The notes: generated from the letters alone by a model not told the origin. DNA of 64,000 nt from Leptogorgia sarmentosa (GCA_964658305.1 OZ210885.1:9610001-9674000); one strand, 5' to 3'; shown: positions 12,401 through 23,713, counted from the stretch's first letter. Program-made: numbers and translations.

Positions 12401-14334
12401 GTAGTATAATTAACAATTATGCCATGAGCTCGAGTCGTATATGAGCTGATAGCCGACGAGGCGCAGCCGAGTTGGCTATCAGCCATATACGACAAGAGCG
12501 AATGGTATAATTGTTTTATTATATAGACAAAAGGCGAACATTATAAAATTTATTAAAATCATTCATTTGAGGGAAACGCTCAGCCATTTTCAGCCATTTT
12601 GTTTTAAGCTTACTTGAGTGAGATAATTAATTCGTCCTACTCACTATATATGAAGTAATAGCTAGCGAGTAGCTCAGCCAATCAGATTACAGAATATCTC
12701 ATATATAGTGCTTGTCTATATAATAATATGATATATTATGATATATATGATCATATTATACTACTGAATGTTACGTCATGCGTGCGTTGGGCTACCTATG
12801 GTATTTCTATAAGAAATTGATCTAAAAATTCTGAAGCCGATGACTTAGTTGTTGCTGTAAACGAATCGTGATATAACCGTAATCAGACACTTTCATTTCT
12901 TTAGGCTGAATATGAAACCACAATTGCCGAATACGAGAAGAAGTTTAGTAAGGATTTTTGATTATTTCTTAATACCATCATTGATTAGTTACTGAAGTTG
13001 TGTTTAATCTTCATGGTAACTTGATTGCTTTTTCTTACGTTATTTAGAGAAATTGACGGAGCAAAATTTGCAACAAGAAATCGACAAACAAGAAGTACGT
13101 GACTGGATGGATCGTTCGTGTGTCCTGTGTTTTTTCATTCAAGTGTTCTGTGGGAGATTTTTACACAGTCAAAAAATTCTTTCGTAATTATCTTTAGGAT
13201 CTACGGAAAAAAGAATCGATAGAAAGAAGGCTGGAAAATTACGAGAAGAAGGTATTTTACGTTTGTATAATACAACAAGGTTGCGGAGATCATTTTCAAT
13301 CTTCTTGAAAATTAATAGGCAATAAAACTTGTGTCTCCAGAACACGAGGAGAAACCTACGTGTTTGGATTTCGTATTGAATATTTTACATTTATTTATTT
13401 GCAGGTTGATCACTTAAAAACGTGTGTGGCGGAAAATGCACAAAGAGGGGACAAGGTGGATTATTATACATTGTAGATGGTAAAAGCAATCTGATTGGCT
13501 GAGAGCTTACAGTTAAATCGCGCAATCATGCAACCCACAGGAAGTCCAGTTATCTGCTTGCAGATAACTAATTATGTACAAAATGAGCCTATGTTTTGAT
13601 AAATGAAGTTTTTCATGCATTAATACTTTGTTTGTTATTCTTCAAATGTATAATAAAACAATTTTTGAATTCGGTTTCGGCTCGGCTGATAACGCTTACC
13701 TCGACCTTGATAATTCCGCATATCACAAAAACCTCGTCCAATAATTGTTAATCACTGCATTCGCTTTTTATCGATCACAATTTATTACAAAGCCCACGTG
13801 TACAACACAAAAGATTCTCATGAATATTTCTGTCAATTTCTATGCAGTATTTATCAAAATATTTTGCTTCAGTCTTTTCTGTTTTTGACCGGCACGAGTC
13901 CTGGATCTTAAAAAATGTTTCACTCAACTAAATATATAATATACACGTTCTATTTTTAGGCTGAGATGGAATGCAAGCGGCTGGCCGCTAAACTTGTTCA
14001 GCTGCAGGGGGAAAATGAGGTATGAATTACAATTTTTAAGTTCTGGTCAAACAGAACAATGACAAAATTTGACAGGAGAAAGTAAAATAATTAAGGCAAT
14101 GCATGTGTTTCACGCAAATTATGCGTGATTTGATACGATACTTCGTTTTAGAATCACTATGTTGTGCAATCTTCATGTAGCACGTTTGTATGTCCTGCCA
14201 TTTTAGCGTCTGAAAGAAGAAAGGAATTTTCTCAGAGAGAGGAACGAACAACAAATATTAAGAGGCAGATCATTACTGCTTGATGGCTCAGATAATGGAA
14301 GATTGCTCATGGCGGATTTACCGCCTGAGGCAAG
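9448..14334 (+). pseudogene. HOOK: Hook-family microtubule/dynein cargo adaptor, 5'-truncated intron-containing copy (right arm)
   Basis: AG/GT-bounded exons 9448-9499 (VPNIEMDQFTLPDVACI), 9605-9685 (AEKHDKKELGRLLQLILGCAVTCDGKQ) and 10758-10825 (EFITKIMKLADDVQEVIMHAIQ) match the Hook-domain signature I recall (FTLPDV..I...ELGRxLQLILGCAVxC..KQExI..IM...VQ.V.M.AIQE). Coiled-coil exons follow at 11094-11162 (ISQRCHE), 11779-11852, 12107-12187 (LRDEVHVLRH), 13198-13251, 13405-13455, 13960-14019 and 14207-14334. N-terminal exons are absent, the acceptor near 11340 is lost and the 14207 exon is frameshifted. Confidence 0.88.
12411..12727. mobile_element. Crypton-like hairpin element present only in the right arm
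   Basis: Absent at the mirror position (~4031). Long imperfect hairpin aacaattat...ataattgtt (12412-12515), agccaatcag motif, flanking taat direct repeat. Confidence 0.7.
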
Positions 14335-17300
14335 GTTAGTTCAGTAAACAAAGATTTCGGAAAAATGTCCCTTCTGATCGATACGCTAAACTGTTTTTCC
14401 TTATTTCAAGAACTATCGTCGAAGGTGAAGAATCTGAGCAGGTAAATATATAATATAATTTCAAGCATTGATTACTGCCTGATAGTTATATGAGCTTCCT
14501 TTACAAGTAAAGCGTGTCGGCACTGACACATTTGTACATGTTTGGACTGCCCGCGGACCCGCGGTGTCATTGTGATCATGGAATATTTAATTAGCTGAAT
14601 AATTAACTGAAGGAATTAGTATTTGCGTTATTCGCTTATTCCCTATAGCAGTAAACCATTACATACATGCAAGATCGTGTATTAGGGACAGATAAGTTGC
14701 GTTAATGTTGCGTGTGTCAAAATACGTCAAAATGAAATCGTGCCATTTGCTTTGTTTCAGGACCAGTTCCTGGTCCAATAGTACAATCGTACTTGTTATG
14801 GCGGTCACGCCTGCATTGCATCGTCATTAAAATCACGCGGTGAATCTTATACACTCGCAAAAATTGATTTTTCGTTGATTTAAATTATTTGCGTCTCAAC
14901 AGGTGAACGATGTGGATGAGGATGTGGATCGGAATGATGATGAGAATATGTAAGTAAACACGCCTGGCTTTTTTGCACACGAAAACGGTCATTCATATTG
15001 AGACAATATCGCGAGATTTTCGGGAGACTGGTAGCGAATTTTGAAATTAAAAAATTCCTTCATTTGCACGTGGAATTTTGCTTTGCTCGTTTTTCGGGGT
15101 GTAACGTGAGATATATAGGTAAATAGAGGGACTCTTGCGCATGAAAATGGTATCAATATTGCCATGGAAACCAACAAAACAATTCCTCTGGCGCCGTTCT
15201 TGTTCGAGGCATACGAGCGAAATGGCGACCTTTGGTTAAAGTTGTGAAAGTGTATCAACTTCGTCTTGTATAGGCTCGTTCGTTTTAACTTTTTTTTTGT
15301 TTAATTTTTGGTGTATATCAAAGTAAAAAGTCCTTTTAAAGTTTGTATGTTTTTTGTTTCGTGGAAAATGTCTTAGGACAATAAATAAAATGCCTTTTAG
15401 AAAGGCCACAAATTATTCTCGCTTCAATGTCGGAGAATATATGCGCAAAAAAAGGTTAGGTTGGATTGCGAAGGTTCAGAAGACTAATGAAGTAAAGAAT
15501 GCTGCCCAGAATCTTCAACGCTTGGATACGAAGGTAGGAAACGTTTTAAATTGTCATTATTTGAAAACAAGTTTGTGATTCATGGTTGTGTGTGTGAATT
15601 CTGTCTTGTTAACCCATTAATAGCTAATAAATAATAAAAGCCATTCTGATTTGTGAGAATGCAACTGACATATCTGATGGCTGATGATAAAAAAACTACT
15701 AATTTTTAATACTGAAAAAAACTGTGTGCATATCAATGACAGCCAAATTGGTTCGACTCTGGACCAGGAAATATCCCGGCAGATCCAGCCAGTGATCATG
15801 ATGGTAGATGACCTTTACGACAGCCAGAAGGCATAGTGTTGTGCAATGTTACAACGAAGAAAGTATGCGATGCTTGTGCAAGCTGTAGAAATTGTGCATT
15901 TTATGAAGTTCTGCACAAGTGTATTTACAGACACTGTATTTACATAATTTATACAAATTACTAAATTTGACCCGCAACTCCGAAAAAAAAGGCGCAAAAA
16001 AAGAAAAAGCCATCGGTGCAACACCCAACACGTGTACCACCAGTGCAGGAACCTTCTTGCGCTGAATAGGTTCCGGAAGATGATGGCCGCCCGGTTTGTA
16101 AAAGAGTTGAATCAGCACAGTTCAGATTGGAGATCTTATTGAGTTCTTGAAGAGCAAGAGAGAATGTTATTGAGTTCTTGAAGAGCAAGAATTTGGGTGA
16201 TTTAAACTGTCTTTGAAGGTATGCAACATCCATATTTTGGTGGGTTTAAATGAAACTGACGCGTTTATTGCTTGCTCTTTAATACGGTTTTAAGCCTCTC
16301 GATTAATACTTCAGGGCATATCGCTTGTCTTACGATTGTGTTTATGTAGTTGTTATGAAAATACTGATCACGGTTTAAGTTATAATTTGAACTCATGCGT
16401 CATTGCGATCTGTGAATACTTTTAGTAATCCGTCGTCTTTCCAATATCCCGCGTTCACGCGTCACAGACACGTGTCGGCATGTTTTGGTTTTCTTTCAAA
16501 TATAACCTTTATGATTTACTGTCAACAAACGAGGAAGCCGGAGAAGATTTTTTCGACCCAGTATGACTGATATTTATCACATGATTCCTCGCTTGAAGCT
16601 TCGAAAGAGGTTTCTTTCCCTCTGTTTATAATTTTGTAATAAATAATACCATAATGTATACATATCCTCACTGTTGTGTATTGTTTTATAGCGCAGGTGT
16701 AATACTGGTCATCTGCAGATTCATCTGAGGAATCAAAATTGAATTGGTTCTTTAGACCAATTAAAATTGGTCGTTTTTACCATTATATTAACCATTCATC
16801 AATTGGTTAAAACAACCAAAATATTTGGTTATATTAACCAATTATTACTGGTTAAAATGCCCAATCAGTTATTGGTTAATTTTATTGGTAAAAAAAATTC
16901 TAAATTTCTAAAATACCGGCAGATACAGCTTGAAGCAGATGCTTTACATGGAAATCATGAACTAATAAGAAGAGTTGCACGGGGGAAATGCAACGTCGAA
17001 GTGATTTGTGTGTGCTGAGAAATGGCGGCCACGTTGAATGATTGTAACCAACTAAAATAAATAAAATTCGAGCTATCTCAAATTTTAAATTGTCCAATCA
17101 TACTTACAAAAATTAACATTACTCGCTCATTTCCAACTCAAATTTAACAAACAAGCAGCCTTAAGAAAGCGGAATGATAGAGCTTTCTAACGATGGTAAA
17201 TATAGCCTATTTTCTATTTCTTTTCGTAATGAAAATTGCATTTGAACGTAGGATTGCGTTTTTTTTTGGACACACTGTATTCGTTATTCAATATTGGTTG

Positions 17301-17911
17301 GAGTATAAATAAGGTTGGAGAATTTTTACCCGTTTGAATCGGAGCATTCTTTCTGTATTATAGTAAATTCGACTTAGTCGATCATCACACTAGTCTATAA
17401 TCGCCGAGTTGCAAAAATTGAACGTACGCTCAGCTATAGTAAGATGGATTAGAGCCTTCGTCACGTTCGTATCCGCGTAGCTATCCTAATGTAAGCTTAA
17501 ACGAGATCCCAGTCTCGAAATAAAAACTAACTTTTAATACTGAAAAAACTGTGTGCATCTCAACAAGATTACTATGTGTTACTCCTAATGTAACCTTAAA
17601 CGAGATCCCAGTCTCGAAAGAACTTATTAACTGTTAACTGTGTACGCTAAGGCCCACACTATGCGTGGCAAACGAGGATCTAAATTCTCAAAACACGGAC
17701 AAAAGATAAGAGGAACTGAGACGTCAGGTTTCAGTCAAGCACCTCAACCTAACAACAGAAGCACGCAGCAAGGTTGGAAATAAAGACCACCGCCTTAGCG
17801 TTACCCCCTAGAGGGCCCCGCAAACAGGCACGAACACGAAGAGTACTGCTGCCAAAATCAAGGCCAAACGATGCACGAACGAATGACGAACACGTACGGA
17901 ATTCACAACAC

Positions 17912-18022
17912 TTCTTCAACTCTTCGATTCTTCAAACTCTTCGATTCTTCAACTCTTCGATTCTTCAAGTCTTCAAGTCTTCAAGTCTTCAAGTCTTCGA
18001 TTCTTCGACTCTTCAAGTCTTC
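17912..18022. repeat. 8-bp tandem repeat TCTTC(A/G)AN, about 13 copies
   Basis: tcttcaac tcttcgat tcttcaag... read directly. Confidence 0.9.
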
Positions 18023-18896
18023 GCCCGGAGGCAATTTACTTGCTATTCCGAGCCATATTTTAACAGAGAAAAGCGAGCTTAAGCTTACGGGACGTGGCCG
18101 CCAGGAAGATAATATTCAATTTTCAGTTTATAGCGCATGCGTGATTTCACGTCGTCGAAGTTTTTACCACTAGCTTTGTTCTTTCATGGAATGGCTCAAT
18201 CAACTAAAACTATACAGATGATACAACAAAAGAGTAGTTTTATAACAATCTTATTGTCTTTATTTTTTAAAACGTTTTTTAGTGATAATCTTAATGCGAA
18301 GCATTAAGCGCGCGGGATTTGAACAAACATTAGTCTATCTTGGTATCATGAAAAAATCTTCCCAGGTTTTTAAAGTGGTGAAATATATATCCCGTATACG
18401 AAATACACTGTGCAATTATTGACCACGTATTAATTAATGTCGAAATCTATCTTGTTATCTTTTAGTCCCCAAATATATTTCGAAAGTTTTGTTTCATTTG
18501 AGTAGCTTTTGTGGTTAAAAGACTTAATGTGGTTTCAATATCATTCTTTAAATTTGCTTGCTGACATGCCTATGTAGTGTTTTAAGCTGCTTGTGCTTGT
18601 GCTTGTGCAGGTGACACGCTATGGGGGTATTCTTCTACTAAAATAAGGTAAATACAACAGGCAAAAGTATCTTCAAATATTTGTAATTTCAAGGTAGTGA
18701 TATAAATATTTAGGTAGGGTTATATATTCCATGTTATTTACCAGCTAAGAGAACCTGCAGCCATTACACCACAGAACCTTAGCACGACAATATTTCCCCA
18801 TTGTTTCACATTTCTACGTTTCGTTGATAGCGAAAGCAATCTCTTCAAACAATGTGGATGTTTACTAAAAAGAAATTATATTGTCAGCACGTCACA

Positions 18897-18978
18897 GGTA
18901 GCGTGGCCGAGTGGTCTAAGGCGCTAGTTTAAGGCACCAGTCATTTCGATGGCGTGGGTTCGAATCCCACCGCTGCCA
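18897..18978 (+). tRNA. tRNA-Leu-AAG: tRNA-Leu(AAG)
   Basis: ggtagcgtggccgagtggtctaaggcg...ttAAGgc...ggttcgaatcccaccgctgcca, 82 nt; one anticodon-stem mismatch. Confidence 0.85.
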
Positions 18979-19347
18979 AATTTTCGTTGCTCATGGCTAT
19001 ATTGAGCTGACGTTAGTTTTAAAACATGATGCTTCCTCTCTATTATTTGTTAAAATTCATAATTTAACCCACAACAGAAGAAAGTAAAATTAACATTATT
19101 CTAATTTTACCCTCGTTTTTGCATTGGTTTCTATCGCTTAGTGTCCCCTCAGTAATTAAAATAACAAGCTCAACTTGTCATTAATCTCTCTCTTGGATCA
19201 ATTTGATTCGATTAACTCTGAATTGCAACATGGATGGAGGAAGGGGAAGGCAATAAAATTCGCTGCACTACAAAATATTCAAAAATAGGCTCTGCCGAAA
19301 CTTGCACGTTTCTCTTCACATGTCACAAATAATCCACAAATTGTCAC

Positions 19348-19422
19348 TCCCATGGTGTGGTTCTCTGGTTTGAATCCAGCGTTTTTACCTTCATGGCCCT
19401 GGTTCGATTCCCGGCGTGGGAA
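19348..19422 (+). pseudogene. Degenerate tRNA-Glu
   Basis: 3' half ggttcgattcccggcgtgggaa matches the Glu copies; 5' half scrambled. Confidence 0.6.
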
Positions 19423-19705
19423 TAATACTTGCGAGAGAAGGAAAAAAATATGCAATTCGAAAAATTAGCAAAACCATTGCTATTATACAAGCTCTATCCC
19501 TCTTACACATTCTTTTGGTGTTTTCTGTATTTAAGTCTTTGTTGACATGATCTTGCTTTTCAACAAAAAAATTGATTTTGCTGATGATGTTTAAAGTGTC
19601 AAAATTTCCTAGAACTTACTCTGATTTATTATTTGAAGGTGTTTGGTGAAAATGTTCGGCATCTTGAGGAATATGAACATTATAACGAAGGAGTTGGGCA
19701 ACTTT

Positions 19706-19776
19706 GCGTTGGTGGTTCAGTGGTAGAATTCTCGCCTGCCACGCGGGAGACCTGGGTTCGATTCCCCGCTAACGCA
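19706..19776 (+). tRNA. tRNA-Gly-GCC: tRNA-Gly(GCC)
   Basis: gcgttggtggttcagtggtagaattctcgcctGCCacgcggg...ttcgattccccgctaacgca. Confidence 0.85.
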
Positions 19777-19861
19777 GATTATTTTCATTTTGTTGCATTT
19801 CAACTGCAACACAGGAAACAAACTGGCTTTGTAAACACAGGAATAGTCAATAAGTTATCAC

Positions 19862-19924
19862 TCCCATGTGGTCTAGTAGTTAGGATCTGGCGTTTTCACC
19901 GCCATGGCCCGGGTTCGATTCCCG
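19862..19924 (+). pseudogene. tRNA-Glu(TTC), 3'-truncated
   Basis: tcccatgtggtctagt...ggcgttTTCaccgcc...ttcgattcccg; the acceptor 3' strand is missing. Confidence 0.75.
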
Positions 19925-20016
19925 ATTCGATTTTTTCAAAAAAATTCAATTTGAAGCAGCTTGTGTTCACATTTTCAAACTCGTTCTCTGAAACCAAACC
20001 ATGTTAACAGCGCTAC

Positions 20017-20089
20017 GACCTTGTGGCGCAATTGGTAGCGCGTCTGACTCCAGATCAGAAGGTTAAGTGTTCAATTCACTTCAAGGTCA
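20017..20089 (+). tRNA. tRNA-Trp-CCA: tRNA-Trp(CCA)
   Basis: gaccttgtggcgcaattggtagcgcgtctgactCCAgatcag...ttcaattcacttcaaggtca. Confidence 0.85.
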
Positions 20090-20429
20090 AGCACTTGCGG
20101 CCACCCTAACTGAAGATAATTTTTGCTTTGCATAGCGCGGCCGCCATGTTTGTTTTGTTTTGATGCAAACTGTAGCTTGAGCTCGAATTTGATTGGTTCA
20201 AAGTAATAGCATAAAATTGCACTGTGATTTGGGATTAACTGCACAGAAATGAGCCAACCACAGTCGAGTAATACTTTTATTTATATTATCAAGAAAGAAA
20301 CACCCAAAAGAATCCATTTTATTCCCAAGCAACCTTGGGCCTACGTCCCACGCGGTCACCTCAGAGTGTACGTCAGTTGTAGATGTGAATGTTTAGTTGA
20401 ACAACGCGAAACCTGTTGGTTGTAGCAAC

Positions 20430-20511
20430 GTAGTCGTGGCCGAGCGGTTAAGACGACAGAGTAGAAATCTGTTGGGAGTTTCTCGCGCAGGTTCAAATCC
20501 TGCCGACTGCG
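20430..20511 (+). tRNA. tRNA-Ser-AGA: tRNA-Ser(AGA), variant with D-arm and position-32 substitutions
   Basis: gtagtcgtggccgagcggttaag...gtAGAaatctgt, long variable arm, 82 nt. Confidence 0.7.
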
Positions 20512-20668
20512 AAATCATAATTGCAAAAATATGCAAAGTCTTCAACATTTTGTCCTCGAATGTGAACATGATATGAGACAGAATGAAAATTTGAAAAACA
20601 AAGGTCCGTGATTTGATTATAGCTGCGTTTGAAAGTATATGTACGTAATTAACCTAGTAGAGAACACA

Positions 20669-20740
20669 AGGAGTGTAGCTCAGTGGTAGAGCATTCGACT
20701 GCAGATCGAGAGGTCGGTGGTTCAAACCCGCCCGCTCCTT
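20669..20740 (+). tRNA. tRNA-Cys-GCA: tRNA-Cys(GCA)
   Basis: aggagtgtagctcagtggtagagcattcgactGCAgatcga...ttcaaacccgcccgctcctt followed by a T run. Confidence 0.85.
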
Positions 20741-20877
20741 TTTATCTTAGCTATACTGGAAAACTTTCAAATTCAATAAAGCCGCCTGATGGGAAATATA
20801 CGATCCACATACTAAGATTCGTGTTAAATATATCCACTAATGCTTGAAAACGATTAGTCCTGCTGTTAATTACTAGA

Positions 20878-21200
20878 ATAATATCATTGTTGTCAATTTT
20901 CTGGACGCTGATTGGCTAAAAAGCTTCAACAACTGTGCAAATTAAACTTAATTGCACGGTTTCGAGCCCGCGATACATTATAAAAACAAATAAATAAACG
21001 CTCAAATCAAAGCTAAAATTCTTGTTTTTTTTGTCATTTATTGTCAACTTTGGACAAAAAATGTTAGTGAAAGTGTACTACAATGATATTAATACGAAAT
21101 TACACTTGTTCTCGAAGTATTAAATTCGCACTCGCGGTATTTCGCCAAACACGCGTGCAATTTTTGATTAACTTCTCGAATCGTGTAATTTCCTATACTA
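20878..21200. mobile_element. Dispersed ~320-390-bp hairpin element; opposite-orientation copies at 36363-36681 and 38774-39165
   Basis: Three near-identical copies with ends ataatatcattgttgtcaat... and ...gtgtaatttcctatacta, a gctgattggct motif and a terminal hairpin; absent from the paralogous tRNA block at ~27560. Confidence 0.85.
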
Positions 21201-21269
21201 TTTTGTTGGATTTTACTGCCAGATTGAAGATTTATTCATATCGAAGTGCAAGCCAAGATTAATGCCAAC

Positions 21270-21322
21270 GTAGTCGTGGCCGAGTGTTTAAGGCGACAGA
21301 CTTGAAATCTGTTGGGAAATTC
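21270..21322 (+). pseudogene. tRNA-Ser(TGA), 3'-truncated
   Basis: gtagtcgtggccgagtgtttaaggcgacagactTGAaatctgttgggaaattc, breaking in the variable arm. Confidence 0.75.
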
Positions 21323-21433
21323 ACCACTACATACGCACGGACATATACAAATAGATGTATGTATTCACTTTATAAAATTTTTTGAAAAATTCCAAATGAA
21401 AAATATATCTGCAGTTAAAAAAGCCCATATGTA

Positions 21434-21506
21434 TGTTTCAGCCCAGGTTCGAACTGAGGACCTTGCGCGTATGAGGCGCACGTGATAACCACTACACTAC
21501 AGAAAC
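21434..21506 (-). tRNA. tRNA with Val body but CAT anticodon (probable pseudogene)
   Basis: Minus strand gtttctgtagtgtagtggttatcacgtgcgc-ctCATac-gcgca...ctgggctgaaaca; differs from Val(CAC) 26035-26107 by C36T and an acceptor-stem G>T. Confidence 0.7.
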
Positions 21507-21931
21507 GAATTGGAAGAAAATTACAAAACAAAGGATAACGTTTCGGAGATGTGAATCGATGCAACAAAAAGTATGAAGGTCATGTAGGTCCAAGCTAGAC
21601 TTAAACTGAGGTCTTTCCAGTGTGAGACGCATGCAGTAACCAGTGCACTACACGAAATGTATAGCAATCCCTCAATTTCACCGTAGAAAATGCTAACAAG
21701 ATAATAAAAAAATAACATAAACACAGTATTTCCGGTGACCATCGAATTTCCCAATGGTATTAAAATCGTTTGATTTTAAATGAGATCAAGAAAAAATTGT
21801 AATAACATAATGTATACCTCTTTGACGTATTTGGGTCAGGTAAATTCTCAAGGGAAAGAATTAGAACGGGATGTGGCATGTTGAAGGTATCAAAGAATAA
21901 ATGTTGTAGGAAATTCCATGTTTTCATGCGT

Positions 21932-22055
21932 GTCAGGATGGCCGAGCGGTCTAAGGCGCCAGACTCAAGTGCAAAAACTTGTCACGATCAACCTTGACAT
22001 AATAGGGCGTTCTGGTCCACACATGTGGTCGTGGGTTCGAATCCCACTCCTGACA
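21932..22055 (+). tRNA. tRNA-Leu-CAA: tRNA-Leu(CAA) with 40-nt intron (21970-22009)
   Basis: gtcaggatggccgagcggtctaaggcgccagactCAAg[intron]ttctgg...ttcgaatcccactcctgaca. Confidence 0.9.
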
Positions 22056-22195
22056 ACAAACTTACAAAAAATTCGAAACATTTCTTTCAAAGCTGATCTA
22101 TTTACACAAATTCGATATCACGAAGAAAATGTTTGTGGTTTTTACTGAAAAATTCCAAAGACAAAAATATCTGCAGTTAAAAAATCTCATATGTA

Positions 22196-22267
22196 TGTTT
22201 CCGCCCAGGTTCGAATTGAGGACTTGCGCGTGTTAAGCGCATGTGATAACCACTACACTACGGAAAC
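22196..22267 (-). tRNA. tRNA-Val-AAC: tRNA-Val(AAC), with a 1-nt deletion (possibly pseudo)
   Basis: Minus-strand loop ttAACac; 72 nt versus 73 nt for the 26222 copy. Confidence 0.65.
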
Positions 22268-22380
22268 TGACCTATGTGCAAACATATGGAAATAGATGTA
22301 TTCACTTAAATTACTTTTTCAGGTTTTTTACTGAAAAATTCCAATAAAAAAATATCTGCAGTTAAAAAAGCTCATAAGTA

Positions 22381-22453
22381 TGTTTCCGCCCAGGTTCGAA
22401 CAGGGGACCTTGCGCGTGTGAGGCGCACGTGATAACCACTACACTACAGAAAC
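22381..22453 (-). tRNA. tRNA-Val-CAC: tRNA-Val(CAC)
   Basis: Minus-strand loop ctCACac; one T-stem mismatch. Confidence 0.75.
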
Positions 22454-22629
22454 GAATTGGACGAAATTTACAAAACAGAGACAAAGTATGGGAAATGTGA
22501 AACGATGCAACAAAAAGTATGAAGCAAGTTAAAGGCCATGTAGGTCCAAGCCAGAGTTAAACTGGTGTCCTTCCAGTGTGAGACGCATGCAGCAACCAGT
22601 GCACTACACGAAATGTATAGTGTATGTAC

Positions 22630-22859
22630 ATGTACACTCAACTTCACCGTCGAAAACGCTAACAAGATAATACAAAAATAGCATGAACACAGTATTTCTT
22701 GTGACCAAACTCTGATTTATTATTTGAAGATGTTTGGTGAAAATGTACACTCAACTTCACCGTCGAAAACGCTAACAAGATAATACAAAAATAGCATGAA
22801 CACAGTATTTCTTGTGACCAAACTCTGATTTATTATTTGAAGATGTTTGGTGAAAATGT
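22630..22859. repeat. 113-bp perfect tandem duplication
   Basis: atgtacactcaacttcaccgtcg... at 22630 and again at 22743. Confidence 0.9.
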
Positions 22860-22909
22860 TTGGCATCTTGTGTGATATGAACATTATAAAGAAAGAATTG
22901 GGCAACTTT

Positions 22910-22980
22910 GCGTTGGTGGTTCAGTGGTAGAATTCTCGCCTGCCACGCGGGAGACCGGGGTTCGATTCCCCGCCAACGCA
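22910..22980 (+). tRNA. tRNA-Gly-GCC: tRNA-Gly(GCC)
   Basis: Canonical 71-nt sequence gcgttgg...ccaacgca. Confidence 0.92.
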
Positions 22981-23025
22981 AATTAAACTGGCTTTGAAGC
23001 ACAGGAATAGTGAACAAGTTATCAC

Positions 23026-23090
23026 TCCCATGTGGTCTATAGTGGTTAGGATCTGGCGTTTTCGTCGCCATGGGCCTGGACCAATTCCCG
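23026..23090 (+). pseudogene. Degenerate tRNA-Glu
   Basis: tcccatgtggtctatagtggttaggatctggcgtttt...; T loop destroyed. Confidence 0.65.
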
Positions 23091-23197
23091 TATTATCACG
23101 TGTTTTCTTTCGGGTCACACTTCCCATAATCTCGAGAGTTAACTGCATACGTTGTAACCAGTTACAAAAAAGGGAATGGATGAACACTTATTCACAA

Positions 23198-23282
23198 AGC
23201 CTCATCAGAGATTTGAACTCTGGACCCCTGGTGTCCTAGCTGTTTTACTAAAACAGTGCTCTACCCTCTGAGCTAAACAGGC
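23198..23282 (-). pseudogene. tRNA-Thr(AGT)-like with internal insertion
   Basis: Paralogous to 23504-23576, with ~12 extra nt near the anticodon arm. Confidence 0.6.
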
Positions 23283-23503
23283 AACTTCTGCCCTATTGAA
23301 ACTCAATATAAATCCAATTATGAAGTTAATTTCCACTGAATTTCCACTGTATTATCACGTGTTTTTCATGAAATAAACTCACTTCAAAAATTTTGTTTCA
23401 GGTCACACTTCTCATACAATCTGGAGAGTTAACTGCATATCTTGTAACCAATTACAAAAAGGAAATGGATGAATTCTTATTCACAATGAATACTTATTGA
23501 TAC

Positions 23504-23576
23504 AGCCTCATCAGAGAATTGAACTATGGACCCCTGGTTTACGAAACCAGTGCTCTATCCCCTGAGCTAATGAGGC
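23504..23576 (-). tRNA. tRNA-Thr-CGT: tRNA-Thr(CGT)
   Basis: Minus strand gcctcattagctcaggggatagagcactggtttCGTaaaccag...ttcaattctctgatgaggct. Confidence 0.75.
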
Positions 23577-23713
23577 GACATGTCTAATATCTTCCTAGCA
23601 TGTTTTTTCCAACGTAGTACTCTCACTCGTAGTTATCTCCGGAAATTTTCTTCCAAATTCAAATTAAAAATATTATCGTTATTTTCACATTCCGAGAAAA
23701 AAATAAATGTTTC

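Larger units (their letters stand above)
1..17667. repeat. Giant imperfect inverted repeat: left arm 1-8966, right arm 9363-17667, spacer 8967-9362; may extend beyond the window start
   Basis: cacgcatagtgtgggccttagcgtac at 1 is the reverse complement of 17642-17667. atccccgagcca (ends 8966) mirrors tggctcggggat (starts 9363). Mirrored ORF pairs in the track: 1191-1418/15354-15578, 2514-2750/14036-14254, 4569-4766/11684-12004, 7869-8081/10290-10475, 8571-8822/9507-9758. Confidence 0.97.

Noticed and set aside
1..17667. Palindrome as a fold-back read or assembly artefact
   Set aside because: The arms differ by many substitutions and by TSD-flanked insertions, which a single-molecule chimera would not show. 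A haplotype mis-join remains possible.
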